From an uncultured Acidobacteriota bacterium (lineage in GTDB: Bacteria > Acidobacteriota > UBA6911 > RPQK01 > JAPXNP01), in NCBI GenBank assembly GCA_963777605.1, contig CAVZRV010000035.1, positions 256,001 to 320,000 on the forward strand: a stretch of DNA of 64,000 nucleotides, given 5' to 3'. The translations under genes were made by a program, and so were the position numbers. Within the stretch, counting starts at the first letter, position 1; each line of letters opens with the position of its first letter. The notes under the pieces were generated by a model that did not search any database, was not told where the DNA came from, and saw only the letters and a program-made list of their open reading frames with translations. Below are positions 61,233-64,000 of the stretch, one piece after another.

Positions 61233-61249
61233 CGTCAAGGATTCTGACA
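61233..61249 (-). promoter_or_regulatory. Enhancer box TGTCAGAATCCTTGACG
   Basis: Near-match to the 17-bp dyad, about 120 bp upstream of the sigma-54 site. Confidence 0.6.
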
Positions 61250-62082
61250 CCGCCGAGGCGGGAGAGCCTACCAGTGATTTGGTGAAACGATAGCTCTCAG
61301 GCGAGCCTCAAGAACGCCCTGCGAGTCGCTATCGGTGGGAGTGTCACTGTGACAGCATCCTCGTACGGAGAGGCGGTCCCCCCGGCATCGAAAATAGCCT
61401 TCCAGATTCCCCTTAACGCATCAACGTCCAAAACGCAGAACAGGAGGAGAAGGCCGGAGCTCTGGCTTGGGTTCCCGGAAAATGGTACTTGAAGGCAATA
61501 TCGCTCAGGTTCTCAGGTCCCTCGACAACTACTTCCGTGGGAGACAGCGGGTTGTTCACACCGTCAAACAACGTCGCCCGCTCCGGGCTCAAGACTCCCG
61601 GTTTCGAACTGGACGAGACGGCTGGACTGAACTATCTGGTCAGCGGAATTCAGGGAAATGACTCAAGGCGGTCGGCACAGCGACCGCGAGGATTCACTAA
61701 GCGCTCTTCCTCTCTAGAAGCGGCCTCTTGGGCTGGGCCTAGCCCGCCGCCGAAAATCCCATGGTGGGCCGAATAGAACAACACGTTCGCCACGAAAGCG
61801 ACCTGCTGTCCAGGCTAGCGGCAAGATCCCCAGAACAAGCCAGGAGCCCAATAACTCGAACCAGAATCCGTGCCGTCTCTCCTACTATTCCTCCTTCGCC
61901 TTGCATCTTATCAATCCATTAATGGGTAACTTCCGAGCATCCAATCTCGTGTGATCCAAGCCAATTCCCTGGCGGCAGAATCATCTATCGGACAACTTAT
62001 CAATCCGCGGAAGATTACTGATTTAGCCAGTCTTTCGGGAGATGAAAGACCCGAGTTCAACAAGCCGTTTCGTCGCACGTAG

Positions 62083-62099
62083 TGTCAGGGTTTCCGACA
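62083..62099 (+). promoter_or_regulatory. Enhancer box TGTCAGGGTTTCCGACA
   Basis: 17-bp dyad match. Confidence 0.6.
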
Positions 62100-62365
62100 T
62101 TTCTCAGAATCCTGGCGGAGGGCATCAGACTCCTTGCGATATTCCAAGCATCCGATTGGCAGTGATTTCCGATGCTGGGATTCCCCTCTATATTTGGGCG
62201 TCGGCAAGTGTGCCGACAGTCGAGCCACGCGGCATGCGAGTTCTCCGAATCCGAACCTAGAGCAGGGACTCGCAACTTCACGGCCTTATTCACTTTAGAA
62301 CCGACTCAAGTACCTGAAAATATGGGGATGAACCTCTGTCCCGTTGACGAACACCGCTCGCCGAC

Positions 62366-62382
62366 TGTAAAGAAGGCCGACA
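62366..62382 (+). promoter_or_regulatory. Enhancer box TGTAAAGAAGGCCGACA
   Basis: TGTAA-N6-CCGACA, with the same arms as 5584-5600. Confidence 0.75.
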
Positions 62383-62469
62383 AAAGACCCGTTCGCGATA
62401 CCGTATTGGATCTTCGCCTCTTCGTATAACTGACTGCAATTCTAGAACTTGCGGGCCAAACTTGCAGAC

Positions 62470-62485
62470 TGGATCGAGTCTTGCA
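62470..62485 (+). promoter_or_regulatory. Sigma-54 promoter TGGATCGAGTCTTGCA
   Basis: TGG-N8-TTGCA about 70 bp before ATG 62557. Confidence 0.68.
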
Positions 62486-62556
62486 TGTGTATTCGGACTG
62501 TGAATACAAGCTTCGTAGGGCTAACGAACTAATTGGAAATTTTGTAAGGAGGAGAA

Positions 62557-63212
62557 ATGAAGAAACTAGTACTTGCGTCTTTCTTATGTCTGGCGATCTC
62601 ATTCTTTATCGCCAGCCCAGCCATGGCTGACAATGTCACGGTTCAGTACACCGGTGTCTACGGCACCACTGTTTCGATCGGGGAACATGGCACACTGGGC
62701 CTGTCTTAGCCGGAATCTACAAGATCAAAGTGGACGGCGTTCCGGTGGATTCCTTCTGTATCGATCTCTCGGACAGTTCAACAACTTCCGCTGTGCCTTA
62801 TAAGGAAGTCAATCTCGAAGACGCAGCAGATCCCACCTTCGGCCCGATGGGTATCGCAAAGGCCACATGGGTAAAGAAGCTTTGGGACATGGCATATTCA
62901 TCGGGCATGTCCCAGAATGATGCGGCCGCTCTTCAGGTTGCTATCTGGGAAGTGGTCGCCGACGATACCTGGGACCTGACTGCTGGCAATTTCACCGTCG
63001 GCACTGATGCAATTCGTAGCTTGGCCGGGACGCTCCTGACCAACGTGCTGAGTCATGATGGCCAGGCCAATCTTGGTGCGGTCAGCAACCCGGTGGTTGA
63101 CGGAACCCAGCCTCAATATCAGGACTACGTAGTCCAGACGCCTGAACCGGCTACTTTGCTTTTCCTCGGCGCAGGGTTGCTTGGTCTCGGAATCCTCCGC
63201 CGCAGAGCGTAA
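62557..63212 (+). CDS. PEP-CTERM protein 3 with a putative Cys-Gln thioester domain (one frameshift near 62700)
   Basis: AGGAGG RBS, signal MKKLVLASFLCLAISFFIASPAMA; FCIDL...AALQVAIW; C-terminus TPEPATLLFLGAGLLGLGILRRRA. Confidence 0.88.
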
Positions 63213-63241
63213 CCCGTCCATTAATTCTGGAGCTAGCGGTA

Positions 63242-63271
63242 ACGAAAGGCGGCCACGTGGCCGCCTTTCGT
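63242..63271 (+). terminator. Perfect 30-bp palindrome, probable terminator
   Basis: acgaaaggcggccacgtggccgcctttcgt, 30 bp after the stop. Confidence 0.75.
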
Positions 63272-64000
63272 CGTTCTTGACTTTCCAGATCTCTCGACAG
63301 CATCGAAAGATCTGGAAGGAAACAGCATTTTCAGGAACACCTCCTCGTGCCACATTAGCTGCCGGGCAGCCAGCGCATCCACTTAGCGCAAGATGACATA
63401 GGCCGTGGATGCAGCCAACCGAAGCCCAGTTGTTCAAGCATTCCGCCACCGATCGCAACTAACCTGCATCCAGCAGAACGGACCCGAAATGCCGACCCGC
63501 GCCATTTCTGAGATCGATATTCAGGCCGTACCACCCAGTAGATTGGAAATTCTTCCATACGGAACCAATATCTCAGCCTCAATTGATTTGTCCGCGCATT
63601 CTGAAGCAGGTATCGGCTGGAATTCTTGAACTGAAAAGCAGAATCCCTTTTCGGAGTTCCCAACTCTGCTCTGGCTGCACCTTTTGACCTCTTGAGAAGG
63701 GGCCTTCCGGGCAAGTGATATGTCTGACACAAACACCCTCGCCTCAAGACTCGAAGTCAGCATCTAGTGTCCTGCAAGGCATCATATGACGCTTTCAGAG
63801 TCCCTGCTGGGCTCCTCGGCATGGGCCGGCATCAGCAGGAAGCAATCCTGACGGCAGGGCGCCAGTCAATTCCTGACGACTGGTGACGGGGGATCACGAT
63901 TCTGCCTGGGGTCCGACCGGGCGGACCTCGGGCTGCGTGAGTTTGTTGGAGGCGGGAAACAAGGCCTCGCGGGCGATGGCCCTTTTACAGGTGGGAATGA

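Noticed and set aside
63280-64000. Short ORFs and small inverted repeats at the window end
   Set aside because: No recognisable domains or consistent coding signal, and the context is truncated.

Overview
High-GC (roughly 60-65% by eye) bacterial window, probably Acidobacteriota (inference). Many genes are broken by scattered single-base frameshifts that look like long-read indel errors. It holds a PEP-CTERM/exosortase-type surface-polysaccharide locus: a TIGR03790-like/TPR/TonB-C fusion, a PrsT-like TPR lipoprotein and three PEP-CTERM proteins, one with a Cys-Gln thioester-like motif. A long minus-strand glycan cluster encodes Wzc, an acyltransferase, about 10 glycosyltransferases, a B12 radical SAM enzyme, an O-antigen ligase/Wzy-like protein, a GT-C, a priming phosphoglycosyltransferase, Wzm/Wzt, an ATP-grasp enzyme, WecE, HddA and two Wza/SLBB proteins. 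It ends in an unusual two-gene NRPS (A-T-C-A-T-C-T + C-A-T-TE) with a Lys2-like A domain, an A-less module and a thioesterase lacking its catalytic Ser and His. Two inserted plus-strand secreted CAZymes share a C-terminal PxxPRNLRVxxxN tag. The three PEP-CTERM genes and the glycan operon share a sigma-54 promoter plus a 17-bp TGT(A/C)A-N8-GACA box. Intergenic DNA is rich in heptamer arrays, REP-like palindromes, near-identical 170-400-bp repeats in front of successive genes, a 118-bp MITE and an internally deleted IS1182-like element. No rRNA, tRNA, CRISPR array or exosortase gene was recognised.
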